From Sulfurimonadaceae bacterium (GTDB taxonomy: Bacteria > Campylobacterota > Campylobacteria > Campylobacterales > Sulfurimonadaceae), in assembly GCA_041571435.1 (NCBI GenBank), contig JBFFUI010000009.1:1-60346 (forward strand): a stretch of DNA of 60,346 nucleotides. Direction: 5' to 3'. The position numbers and the translations under genes were made by a program. Positions 8,857 through 18,500 of the stretch are shown here, piece by piece (position 1 is the first letter of the stretch; each line of letters starts with the position of its first letter). The notes beneath the pieces were generated by a model. That model did not search any database, had not been told where the DNA came from, and saw only the letters and a list, made by a program, of their open reading frames with translations.

Positions 8857-9554
8857 AGCAGTGCGTCGTGCCACTGGGCTATAGTGAGCCGATACCCCTC
8901 TTTAATCTCTTTTACTTCATGGGTGTAGATCGGATTCGATGCAAAGACAAGCAACGATCCCATCTTCGGCTTATACTCAAAGGGAAGCCCCTCGGCATCT
9001 TTGAAGTAGCTAAAGGCAAGTTCTCCCCCGCTGAACTGATAGGGCGTAGAAGGGACCTCGCTGTAGTCGGTGCCGAAAAAGACCGTCGTGATCTTGCGTT
9101 CTGGCGTCACTTGTTTAAATCCCAGCAGTAAACCGTTTCCGTCGAGTAGAAAACTTGAATCGTCTGCGTGCGGTCTGTAAAATGAGCCTTTGGTGTACTC
9201 CAGTACCTGCGGTTTTGTCGACAGAGTAAGCGAGAGAGCGAAAAAAGCTTCTATCTCCGGGCGAATGGCCAGCATGGCACTGTCGTAGAGTTTTTTGTGA
9301 ATGCCGCGCAGTGTATAGATCTTGGTCTTTCGGATCTTTGGATTGAGCTTTTTTTTGCGGCTGCGTAGTTTAGCTTCGATAGCGTCATTGCTTTTTTTGA
9401 TATTGTCGACGATCGCCTTGCAAGCGGCGTCATCCAAAAAGTTTTCGATGATCATGAAAGGATATGCATTGTATGGCGAGGGGAGCAGTGGCGTTGCTAT
9501 GTCGCGCTCAAAGAGGAACTCTTCGGCGAAGATGTGGTCGCTGATTTGGCGCAT
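8853..9554 (-). CDS. 2OG-Fe(II) oxygenase
   Basis: HAD (HxD), FSGGEL, distal HEV and 2OG-binding Arg (GYRLT). Confidence 0.9.
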   Translation of the reverse strand: MRQISDHIFAEEFLFERDIATPLLPSPYNAYPFMIIENFLDDAACKAIVDNIKKSNDAIEAKLRSRKKKLNPKIRKTKIYTLRGIHKKLYDSAMLAIRPEIEAFFALSLTLSTKPQVLEYTKGSFYRPHADDSSFLLDGNGLLLGFKQVTPERKITTVFFGTDYSEVPSTPYQFSGGELAFSYFKDAEGLPFEYKPKMGSLLVFASNPIYTHEVKEIKEGYRLTIAQWHDALL

Positions 9555-9556
9555 AT

Positions 9557-10384
9557 CTAGACTTTAATGAGGATTTTATCGAGCCATGCCGTCGGTAAAA
9601 TTCGCTTGAGATTACCAAGGATGTGGGTCGCGGAAGTGACGTAATAACGCGGTTTCGGCTGCTGTTTCTCCAATACTAAAATGACCTTATCGATTACTGC
9701 GACAGGTTCTCTTGTAAAAGGGTCGTTTTCGCTCTTTTTCTCTTTGCGGGCCAGTACCTCGGCTTTGTACTCTTCGCTGAAAAAACTCGTTTCAACATCG
9801 ACATTCTCCAAAAACTTCACCGTCGCATTGTCTCGAAACTTGGAGTGGACGGGACCGGTGTTGAGCGAGACGACATGGATATTACTGCCCATTAACTCTA
9901 AACGCAGTGTGTCACAAAGCCCTTCGATGGCGTATTTGCTGGCATTGTAGGCTCCGCGAAAACGAAGCGAGATCAACCCAAGCACGGAAGAGTGCTGGAT
10001 AATGCGTCCATACCCCTGTGCACGCATGACAGGGATGATGCGTCTCGTCAACTCATGCAGTCCGATGACATTGGTCTCAAACTGCTCGCGCAGGGCATAC
10101 GAGGGGATGTCTTCAAGTGCTCCCGGCTGACCGTAGCCTGCATTGTTAAAGAGGGCATAGAGTGTACCGCCGGTCTGTTGTAAAACGGTATTCATGGCCT
10201 TGTCGATGGAGTCGGTGTCGGTCACATCCAGCTGCAGGGCATTGAGTCCTCTGTCTCGAAGATGCTTAACATCTTTTTCTTTACGTGCCGAGGCAAAGAC
10301 CTCATAGCCATTGTTGTGCAGATAGAGCGCCGTCTCGTAACCGATACCGCTGGAGCAGCCTGTGATCAAAATCGTTTTTTTCAT
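9557..10384 (-). CDS. Short-chain dehydrogenase/reductase
   Basis: TGCSSGIG, NNAG and YNASK motifs. Confidence 0.93.
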   Translation of the reverse strand: MKKTILITGCSSGIGYETALYLHNNGYEVFASARKEKDVKHLRDRGLNALQLDVTDTDSIDKAMNTVLQQTGGTLYALFNNAGYGQPGALEDIPSYALREQFETNVIGLHELTRRIIPVMRAQGYGRIIQHSSVLGLISLRFRGAYNASKYAIEGLCDTLRLELMGSNIHVVSLNTGPVHSKFRDNATVKFLENVDVETSFFSEEYKAEVLARKEKKSENDPFTREPVAVIDKVILVLEKQQPKPRYYVTSATHILGNLKRILPTAWLDKILIKV

Positions 10385-10500
10385 GGGACGAATTTTAGCT
10401 TAAAAGTGATATCTTTTAGGCATAAAATACGGTTTATCGTTCATTTGTCTCAACCGCCTACAATTGATGATGGCGTAGCTCGATAACCAAAGGAGACGCG

Positions 10501-11052
10501 ATGAAAAAGTTTGCGATGACAGTGCTGTTGCTTATAGGTGGGCTTTTATACGCACAAGAGGGGACAGACATGAAAAAAGCCTACTTCGCAGGCGGCTGTT
10601 TCTGGGGTGTAGAGTATCATCTGGAAAAGCTGGATGGCGTAAAAGGTGTTGTCTCGGGTTTTATGGGCGGGCATAAAAAAAATCCTACCTATCAGGATGT
10701 CTCATATACTGATACTGGCCATGTTGAAACAGTGGAAGTGACATACGACCCTAGAGAAATCAGTTATGAGACCATCGCCAGGAACTTTTTCGAGATCCAT
10801 GATTTTACACAGACGGACGGGCAGGGGCCAGACAGAGGTGACCAATACCTCTCCGTCATCTTTTACAATGATGCTGCAGAAAAAGCGGTAGCGGAGAAAC
10901 TGATCGACATTCTGCGTCAGAAAGGGTACAAGGTGGCGACAAAAATCAAAAAAACAACCCCTTTTTATGCTGCAGAAGCGTATCACCAGGATTATTATGA
11001 GCGTAGCAGGAAAGTACCGTATTGCCATAGTTACACTAAAGTCTTTGATTGA
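10501..11052 (+). CDS. msrA: Peptide-methionine (S)-S-oxide reductase MsrA with signal peptide
   Basis: GCFWG, GHVE, AEAYHQDY and PYCH motifs; AAGGAG RBS. Confidence 0.95.
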   Translation: MKKFAMTVLLLIGGLLYAQEGTDMKKAYFAGGCFWGVEYHLEKLDGVKGVVSGFMGGHKKNPTYQDVSYTDTGHVETVEVTYDPREISYETIARNFFEIHDFTQTDGQGPDRGDQYLSVIFYNDAAEKAVAEKLIDILRQKGYKVATKIKKTTPFYAAEAYHQDYYERSRKVPYCHSYTKVFD

Positions 11053-11199
11053 GTGAAAGTTTGCTAAAATGGCCTGAAATAGGCTTCTTTTTTAGTATCA
11101 ATTGTCTATACTTCCATGGATTTTAAATATCATCTGACATTAAATCGGGGTATGCGTTTGATGAAGCGGTGTGGTATATACACTTATTACAGGATAAAA

Positions 11200-11703
11200 A
11201 TGAAGAAAAACATGTTTGCACTTATTAGCCTCGGTATCGCATTGTTGTTCTGGCTTTTCGACTCGTCGTTACACTATATTTTCTATGGCGAACCGATATT
11301 TGAGCTTATCCCGGGTGAGTTTAATGAACTGTGGATGCGGGTCTTGATCTCCGTCCTGATCGTTCTTTTTGGCGTATTCGCCGATAACTTTACAAAAAAA
11401 CTGATCATAAAAGAGAAAGAGCTGCAGACAGCCCATATCTACAACTCAATGATCTATGCGACGCATCACATCCTTAACAACCTGTTGAACCAGATGCAGC
11501 TGGTGAAATACGAAGCCCAGAACAGCAAAGATTTTGATCAGAACATTATCAAACACTACGATAACTGCATTAACGAAGCGAAAGATCTTGTTGAGAAGCT
11601 TTCCAGCGTTAAAGAGATAACAGGTGATAATATATGGGCATCGGTCGATCCCAACAAGATCGACCAACTGTCAGAAAACGCCAATAAGGACAAGGCAGAC
11701 TGA
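11200..11703 (+). CDS. Two-TM membrane protein with an orphan HisKA/DHp-like helix and no ATPase domain
   Basis: AGGA RBS before ATG 11200; two hydrophobic segments; H-box-like ATHHILNNLLN. Confidence 0.65.
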   Translation: MKKNMFALISLGIALLFWLFDSSLHYIFYGEPIFELIPGEFNELWMRVLISVLIVLFGVFADNFTKKLIIKEKELQTAHIYNSMIYATHHILNNLLNQMQLVKYEAQNSKDFDQNIIKHYDNCINEAKDLVEKLSSVKEITGDNIWASVDPNKIDQLSENANKDKAD

Positions 11704-11756
11704 TTTCTGTTTACGTATGAAGAGAATTGTGGATTCCCTTCAGTGTATAGACCTAA

Positions 11757-12386
11757 ATGGCAAGTAAGGGGGAGACTATCAAATATCTTTGGATCATCAT
11801 ATTTACGGCTGTTCTGGTCTGGTCCGGTATAGAGCCTAAAGACAGGCTGACTTGGCTACTGGAGGTTTTTCCGGCGCTTATCGGTGTGGCGGTGATGGCT
11901 TATACCTACAGGTCGTTCAGACTGACCCCTCTTGTTTACATACTGATATTGCTTCATAGTATCATCTTGATGATCGGCGGCCACTACACCTATGCAGAAG
12001 TGCCGTTCTTTGACTATCTCAAAGAGGTCTTTGAACTCTCCCGTAACAACTTTGACAAGCTCGGGCACTTGGCACAGGGGTTGGTCCCGGCACTGATCGC
12101 GAGAGAGATCCTGATACGCAAGCAGGTCATTCCTTCCACAGCCTGGCGTAACTTTTTCATCGTCTGTTTCTGCCTGGCCTTAAGTGCCGTGTATGAGCTG
12201 ATAGAGTGGTGGGTCGCTTTGATGTCGGAGGAAGCGGCGGATGCATTTTTGGGGACGCAGGGATACATCTGGGACACCCAGTCCGATATGTGGCTGGCAC
12301 TGGTCGGTGCGGTACTTGGGTTGCTGCTTTTAAGTAAGTGGCATGACAGGCAGTTAAGCAGACTCGAGCGTCAGGCAATGTCATAA
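11757..12386 (+). CDS. DUF2238/YjdF family inner-membrane protein (start may be ATC 11778)
   Basis: GGHYTYAEVP, RNNFDKLGH, YELIEW and FLGTQGYIWDTQSDM motifs. Confidence 0.9.
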   Translation: MASKGETIKYLWIIIFTAVLVWSGIEPKDRLTWLLEVFPALIGVAVMAYTYRSFRLTPLVYILILLHSIILMIGGHYTYAEVPFFDYLKEVFELSRNNFDKLGHLAQGLVPALIAREILIRKQVIPSTAWRNFFIVCFCLALSAVYELIEWWVALMSEEAADAFLGTQGYIWDTQSDMWLALVGAVLGLLLLSKWHDRQLSRLERQAMS

Positions 12387-12397
12387 AAACGTTACTC

Positions 12398-12631
12398 ATG
12401 ATCATAGGTTTTCTTTTGGCCCCTTTGTCGGCGGAGAGCAATGACTCATGTATGGAGAAGTTGAAAAAATTAGAAGAGCTCAAAGCCGAGAAGGTCTATT
12501 TAACGGATAGGTTGGGTGTCGGTCTGTTAGCAGGGGTTGTCTATGTCAAGGACCCAAGAGGTAAAGAGCTGGATCAGCAGATACGTGTTTTAGAGCTTGA
12601 ATTGAAAGCGTGTAAACAAAGCGGTTATTGA
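12398..12631 (+). CDS. Small exported hypothetical protein (start may be ATA 12383)
   Basis: Signal-like N-terminus, two Cys, helical character; fills the gap before polA. Confidence 0.6.
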   Translation: MIIGFLLAPLSAESNDSCMEKLKKLEELKAEKVYLTDRLGVGLLAGVVYVKDPRGKELDQQIRVLELELKACKQSGY

Positions 12632-12685
12632 TTCTGCAATAAGCTTTCTTGGATAGAATACAAAGATTATTTTAGAAGGCTTTTT

Positions 12686-15403
12686 ATGTCTAAGACCATA
12701 ACAATTATTGATACATTCGGCTTCTTTTTCCGAAGCTTTTATGCACTTCCCCCGCTGAGCAATAAAAACGGCTTTCCGACAGGACTTTTGACGGGGTTTA
12801 CCCACTTCATCGACCGCATTGAAAAAGAGCATACGACGGACTACCTTGTTTTTGCGCTCGACTCCAAAGGCCCCACGTTTCGTAACGAGATCGACCCCAA
12901 CTACAAAGCGAACCGCTCGGCACCCCCGGAAGAGCTCTCCATGCAGCTTCCGATCGCTATAGAGTGGATCGAGAAGATGGGTTTTCATGCTATTGCCAAA
13001 GATGGGTTCGAAGCCGATGATATTATTGCTTCATTGACGATTGAAGCGAAGAAAAAAGGTTACACCGTGCGTGTGGTCTCGCACGACAAGGATCTCTATC
13101 AGCTCATCGATGACGACAAGGTGGTGCTTGTCGATGCGATCAAACGTAAAGATATCAATGAAGATGAGTGTTTTGACAAGTACGGTATCCATCCGCGTCA
13201 GTTTACCGATTATCAGGCGATCCTGGGCGACAGCGCGGACAATGTTCCCGGTGTCAAAGGGATCGGTAAAGTCGGGGCCCAAAAGCTTCTAAACCAGTAC
13301 GACACCCTTGAGAACGTCTACGCCCATATCGACGAGATCAAACCGGCGGGTGTGCAGAAGAAACTTCGCGAGTTTGAAGAGGATGCCTGGCGTTCACGCG
13401 AACTGGTGACACTGCGTACGGATATCCTTGAAGGGGTCGACTTTACCCCGTTTGCACTGCCACAAGAGAACCCTTTTATCCCGATCTACGATGAACTGGT
13501 CGAATATGAGATGAATGGGATACTGCGCACCCTGCACGCAAAAAAACTGGTCGATCCCGAAACACGTCCTGCGGCTTCAAAGCCCAAGACGGCAGATGAC
13601 GTCATGGCGGCAATGGCACCGAAAAAGCTGGACTTTAACACTATGCTGATTACGGACGAAAAGGAGTTGATGGCACTGCTTGACACGCTTAAAGCGGACG
13701 ACATCATCGCTTTTGATACCGAGACGACGGGTCTGGACCATGCAAAAGACCACATGGTGGGGTTTAGTTTTGCCTTGAACGAAGAGATCGCCTACTATGT
13801 ACCGATCGCGCATTTCTACCTTGGTGTGCCGGATCAGATCTCAAAAGAGGCGGCGAAAAAAGCACTGCGCAAGATCTTCAAGTCACGTGTCGTCGGCCAC
13901 AATGTCAAGTTCGATCTGCATTTTGTAGCCGACCTGCTGGGGGTTGAGACGCTCGATATCTACGGTGACAGCATTATCCTGGGCTGGCTGGTGAACCCTG
14001 AGAGCAAACTCTCGCTTGACCACCTGGCAAAGGTCTGGCTGGAACATGAGATGATCAGTTTTAAAGAGACGGTCAAGAAAGGCGAGACCTTCGCCTCCGT
14101 CGAGCTTGAAGATGCGACCAAATATGCGGCTGAAGACGCGCTGATTACCTTTAAGCTCTACAATCTGTTGCTTGAGAAGCTCAAGCTGCAGAGTGCCGAA
14201 CATCTTATCGAATTGGCCCATTCGCTTGAGTTCCCGTTTGTGACCACGCTGCTCGAGATGGAACGCAACGGTATTATGAGTGACGCCAAGAGCCTGGAGC
14301 ACTTCAAAGTCGAGGCGAAAGAGAAACTGGCCGAATTGACAGCCAGTATCTATGCGGCTGCCGGCGGCGAGTTTAACATTAACTCGCCGAAACAGCTGGG
14401 AGAGATACTTTTTGACAAGCTTCAACTGCCTGTCGGTAAAAAGCGCAGTACGGATGTCAAGGTGTTGAACGCGCTGCTTGACGAGCACCCCATCATCGCA
14501 TTGATCCTGCAGTACCGTGAGATGTTCAAACTCTACTCGACCTACATCGAACCGCTGCTGGAACTTAATGCACAGAGCGCTGACGGCCGCATCCACACCT
14601 CTTTTGTACAGACGGGTACGGCGACAGGCCGCCTAAGCTCCAAAAACCCCAACCTGCAGAACATCCCGACGCGTTCGGAACTGGGTGCACGTATCAGAGA
14701 AGCGTTTGTCGCGCCGAAGGGTAAAAAACTTGTCGGTATCGACTATTCGCAGATGGAGCTGAGACTGCTGGCACACTTTTCCCAAGACAGCGTGCTGGTC
14801 GAGGCCTTCAAAGAGGACAAGGACATCCACATGCAGACCGCGATCGTCCTGTTCGGCGAAGAAGAGGCGGCTGAAAAGCGATCTGTCGCGAAGACCGTCA
14901 ACTTCGGCCTCCTGTACGGCATGGGACCGAAAAAGCTCTCCGAGACAATTGGCGGCACAACGAAAGAGGCAAAAGTGATCATCGAGAAGTATTTTGAGAG
15001 TTTTCCAACGGTTAAGCAGTACTTCGCCTCTATCGTCGAGCTCTCTAAAGAGCAGGGCTATGTCGAGACACTATTGAAACGTCGCCGTTACTTTGATTAT
15101 GCCACGGCGGTGCCGATGGTAAAAGCGGCCTATGAACGCGAATCCGTCAATACGGTATTCCAGGGTTCCGTGGCCGACATCATCAAGCTCTCGATGAACA
15201 AGATCGCCGCGGTCATCAAAGAGAAGGGCCTTCCGGCCAAGATGCTGTTGCAGATCCATGATGAGCTGATCTTTGAAGTCGACGAGAACGAGGCAGAAAA
15301 GATCGCTTCGGAATTTAAAGAGATCATGGAGACTATCATGGTACTGAATGTGCCACTAAAGACCTCACTTAACATCGGAAAACATTGGGGTGAGTTGAAA
15401 TAG
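12686..15403 (+). CDS. polA: DNA polymerase I
   Basis: 5'-nuclease (EADD, GDSADN), proofreading exo (DTETT, HNVKFD, YAAED), polymerase motifs A/B/C (DYSQMELR, KTVNFGLLYG, QIHDEL). Confidence 0.98.
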   Translation: MSKTITIIDTFGFFFRSFYALPPLSNKNGFPTGLLTGFTHFIDRIEKEHTTDYLVFALDSKGPTFRNEIDPNYKANRSAPPEELSMQLPIAIEWIEKMGFHAIAKDGFEADDIIASLTIEAKKKGYTVRVVSHDKDLYQLIDDDKVVLVDAIKRKDINEDECFDKYGIHPRQFTDYQAILGDSADNVPGVKGIGKVGAQKLLNQYDTLENVYAHIDEIKPAGVQKKLREFEEDAWRSRELVTLRTDILEGVDFTPFALPQENPFIPIYDELVEYEMNGILRTLHAKKLVDPETRPAASKPKTADDVMAAMAPKKLDFNTMLITDEKELMALLDTLKADDIIAFDTETTGLDHAKDHMVGFSFALNEEIAYYVPIAHFYLGVPDQISKEAAKKALRKIFKSRVVGHNVKFDLHFVADLLGVETLDIYGDSIILGWLVNPESKLSLDHLAKVWLEHEMISFKETVKKGETFASVELEDATKYAAEDALITFKLYNLLLEKLKLQSAEHLIELAHSLEFPFVTTLLEMERNGIMSDAKSLEHFKVEAKEKLAELTASIYAAAGGEFNINSPKQLGEILFDKLQLPVGKKRSTDVKVLNALLDEHPIIALILQYREMFKLYSTYIEPLLELNAQSADGRIHTSFVQTGTATGRLSSKNPNLQNIPTRSELGARIREAFVAPKGKKLVGIDYSQMELRLLAHFSQDSVLVEAFKEDKDIHMQTAIVLFGEEEAAEKRSVAKTVNFGLLYGMGPKKLSETIGGTTKEAKVIIEKYFESFPTVKQYFASIVELSKEQGYVETLLKRRRYFDYATAVPMVKAAYERESVNTVFQGSVADIIKLSMNKIAAVIKEKGLPAKMLLQIHDELIFEVDENEAEKIASEFKEIMETIMVLNVPLKTSLNIGKHWGELK

Positions 15404-15469
15404 TCTTTTTTTTGGTGTGAATTAACTTTAAGTTAACCAATACTACATACAATGCAGTATAAATTTTTG

Positions 15470-15511
15470 GATAGCTTTAAATACCCTTCCTAGAGGGTAT
15501 TTAGAGTTATC
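15470..15511 (+). promoter_or_regulatory. Long 5'-UTR stem-loop just upstream of the ccsBA RBS
   Basis: GATAGCTTTAAATACCCT pairs with AGGGTATTTAGAGTTATC; 18 bp including two G-U pairs on the + strand. Confidence 0.6.
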
Positions 15512-15525
15512 TAGCAAGGAATGGA

Positions 15526-18500
15526 ATGAAAACGATTTTAGATATTGTCGGGTCGATGAAGACGATGGCTGTATTGATGCTGATCTTTGCAGTAGCAAGC
15601 GGCTATGCCACTTTCATCGAAAATGATTACGGGACGATGACAGCACAGGCTGTTGTTTATAAAGCGCGCTGGTTTGAGGTCTTGCTGATTGTATTGGCGA
15701 TCAACCTGATCATGAATATCGTCCGATTTAAGATGATCCAGCAGAAGAAGATCCTGATTCTTCTTTTTCACGTCTCGTTTTTGGTGATCCTGGCAGGTGC
15801 TGCGGTGACACGTTATTTCGGTTTTGAGGGGATGATGCATATCCGTGAAGGGCATGCTTCCAACCTGCTGACCTCTTCTGACACCTATCTCAAAGCCGTA
15901 TTTACGGACAAAGAGGGTACTAAGAGTCAATATAAAACGTCCATGCTGCTCTCTAAGATGAGCCATAACAGTTTTGAGACCGACGTTAACATGGAGAATG
16001 GCAGCAGCGTCGGCATCGAGCTGATGGAGTATATCCCGAATGCGACCTACTCGATCAAGGCAGATCCGGCCGGCGAACCTATCATCAACATGATGGTCAC
16101 CAGCGGCCGTTCAGGTGAGCCTGTGCAGTTAAAAGAGGGCGACTATTACGAAGGCGATGAAGTCATTCTAAACTTCGGTTCGAAAGAAACGTTCCATAAG
16201 CCTGTCGTCTCCTTCTTTGTCGAAGGTGAGACGCTCTATATGAAGCACCCGATGGCACTGAACTACCTGAAAATGGATGACCAGAGTACAGGTGCTTTGA
16301 ATGCGACAGAAAAAGAGGAAGCAGCAAAACGGACACTGTTCACAGCGGGATCGACCAACTTTGTTATAAGAGATTTCTACCCGAAAGCAACACGCACACT
16401 CATCGCCAGCGAGGCCAAAAAAGGTCCGATGATGAGAGCGAGCAGCAGGGATGCCCTCCGTTTCAACGTGACCTATAACGGTGAGACCAAAGAGGCGGTC
16501 GTCTTTGGTCAAAAAGGGGTTATCGGTGACAAGACAGCCGTTGAATTTGAGGGGATGACGATGAACTTGACCTATGGGGCAGAGTACATCAAACTGCCGT
16601 TCTCGATCCAGCTTGTAAAATTTGACCTTGAACGCTACCCGGGTTCGAATTCACCGGCATCGTATGCAAGTGATGTTGTCCTGCTTGACAGTGAAAAAGC
16701 GATCAGAGAGCCGTTCAGGATCTACATGAACCATGTTCTTGACCACCGCGGTTACCGTTTCTTCCAGTCGTCGTTTGACCAGGATGAGAAAGGGACGGTC
16801 CTCTCTGTCAACAATGACCCGGGCACACTGCCGACCTACATCGGCTACCTGATGCTGGCGATTGGTATGTTCGGTGCTCTCTTTGCGAAGGGCCGTTTTT
16901 CCCGTCTTATGAAGGTGGCTCGTGATGCAAGCGAAGCGCAAAAAGTAGCGGCTTCGCTACTGTTGCTTCTCGGTCTGTTGAACACACCGTCTCTTGAGGC
17001 GGCTGAGAATCCGTTGGTAGCAGAGCTCAAGAAGTTTGACAAAGTGCATGCCAACTATTTTGGAACCCTGATTGTCCAGGACAGTGCAGGGCGTATGAAG
17101 CCGATTGACACGCTGAGTACCGAGATCCTCAACAAGATGAACCGCAGTAACTCTGTCCTGGGTCTCAACCCCAACCAGGTCATTCTGGGGATGATGACAC
17201 GTCCTGAAGCGTGGCGCGAGATCAAACTGATCCGTACCTCGCATAAAGATATCAACAAACTGCTTGGCATCGACGAAAAAGACAAGACAGCGGCCTTCTC
17301 GCAGTTCTTCGCCTTTCCTGACGAGATGGCCGGCTATAAACTGACGGATGCCGTCAACGAAGCGATTCGAAAAGCACCGGGTAAACGCGACAAGTTCGAC
17401 AAAGCTGTCCTGAAAGTCGATGAACGTGTAAATGTTGCCTATATGGTCTTCTCCGGAGCACTCCTTCGTATGTGGTCCGTTCCGAATGACGCGAACAACA
17501 AGTGGACAGACACGATGGATGCGCTGCAGACTATGCAGAACGCTGATGCGTACAAGGTCCGTGAGTTGGCAGTGAACTACTTTACCGCTGTGGACAAAGG
17601 GCTGGACACGCAGGACTGGACCGATGCCAATAACGCTGTTGATGCCATCGCTGCCTATCAGAAGAGTGTCGGTGCTGCCGTCTATCCGTCTCAGAGCAAG
17701 ATAGAACTGGAGATCTGGCACAACCACGCCAACATCTTCGAGCGCCTCTGGCCGCTCTACTTCCTGGTCGGTTTCACACTGCTTGTGCTTTCGTTTGTCA
17801 AGATCATCAAGCCGAAGTTCAAGCTCGGAATCTTTGCCAAAGGAAGTTTCCTGTTGCTGGTACTGTTCCTGGTCGCACACACGGTCGGTCTGGCTATCCG
17901 CTGGTATATCTCGGGGCACGCACCGTGGTCGAACGGGTATGAGTCGATGGTCTACATCGCCTGGGCATCGGTCCTTGCGGGATTTATCTTCTCCAAGCGT
18001 TCACCGATCACGCTGGCGGCAACATCGATCCTTGCCGGTCTGATTCTCTTCGTAGCGCACCTGAACTGGATGGACCCGCAGGTCACCAACCTTGTGCCGG
18101 TGCTGCAGTCGTACTGGTTGAGTATCCACGTTTCAATGATTACGGCCAGTTACGGTTTCCTTGGACTGGGCGCACTGCTTGGGTTCATTACGCTGGTCCT
18201 CTTTATTCTGAAAAACAAGCGCAACGAGCGTCAGATCTCTCTGTCGATAAAAGAGCTTAACGCGATCAACGAGATGAGTCTTATGATCGGTCTTGCGATG
18301 CTGACAGTCGGTAACTTCCTCGGCGGTGTCTGGGCCAATGAGTCCTGGGGACGCTACTGGGGCTGGGACCCTAAAGAGACATGGGCACTTGTGACGATTC
18401 TGGTCTATGCGGTGGTGATCCACCTGCGCTTTATCAAGGCGCTCTACACGCCGTATCTCTACTCGGTCATCTCACTGCTCGCCTTCACGTCGGTACTGAT

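Noticed and set aside
9349-9356. Homopolymer tract as a phase-variation site
   Set aside because: An in-frame A8 run encoding Lys residues; no long poly-G/C tracts of the Campylobacter type were seen
10431-10490. SAM-I, SAM-II or fluoride riboswitch upstream of msrA
   Set aside because: Only a TTATC/GATAA-like stem is present; too short and lacking the conserved cores
14420-14470. Short thumb loop in PolA (GKKRST instead of GKKTKTGYST)
   Set aside because: In-frame change in a variable loop with all catalytic motifs intact; no evidence of functional novelty
16957-17919. Long antisense ORFs (320 aa here; also 13883-14596, 25781-26578, 42849-43685 and 8164-8874)
   Set aside because: They lie opposite well-supported genes and show no recognisable motifs; typical shadow ORFs from codon bias
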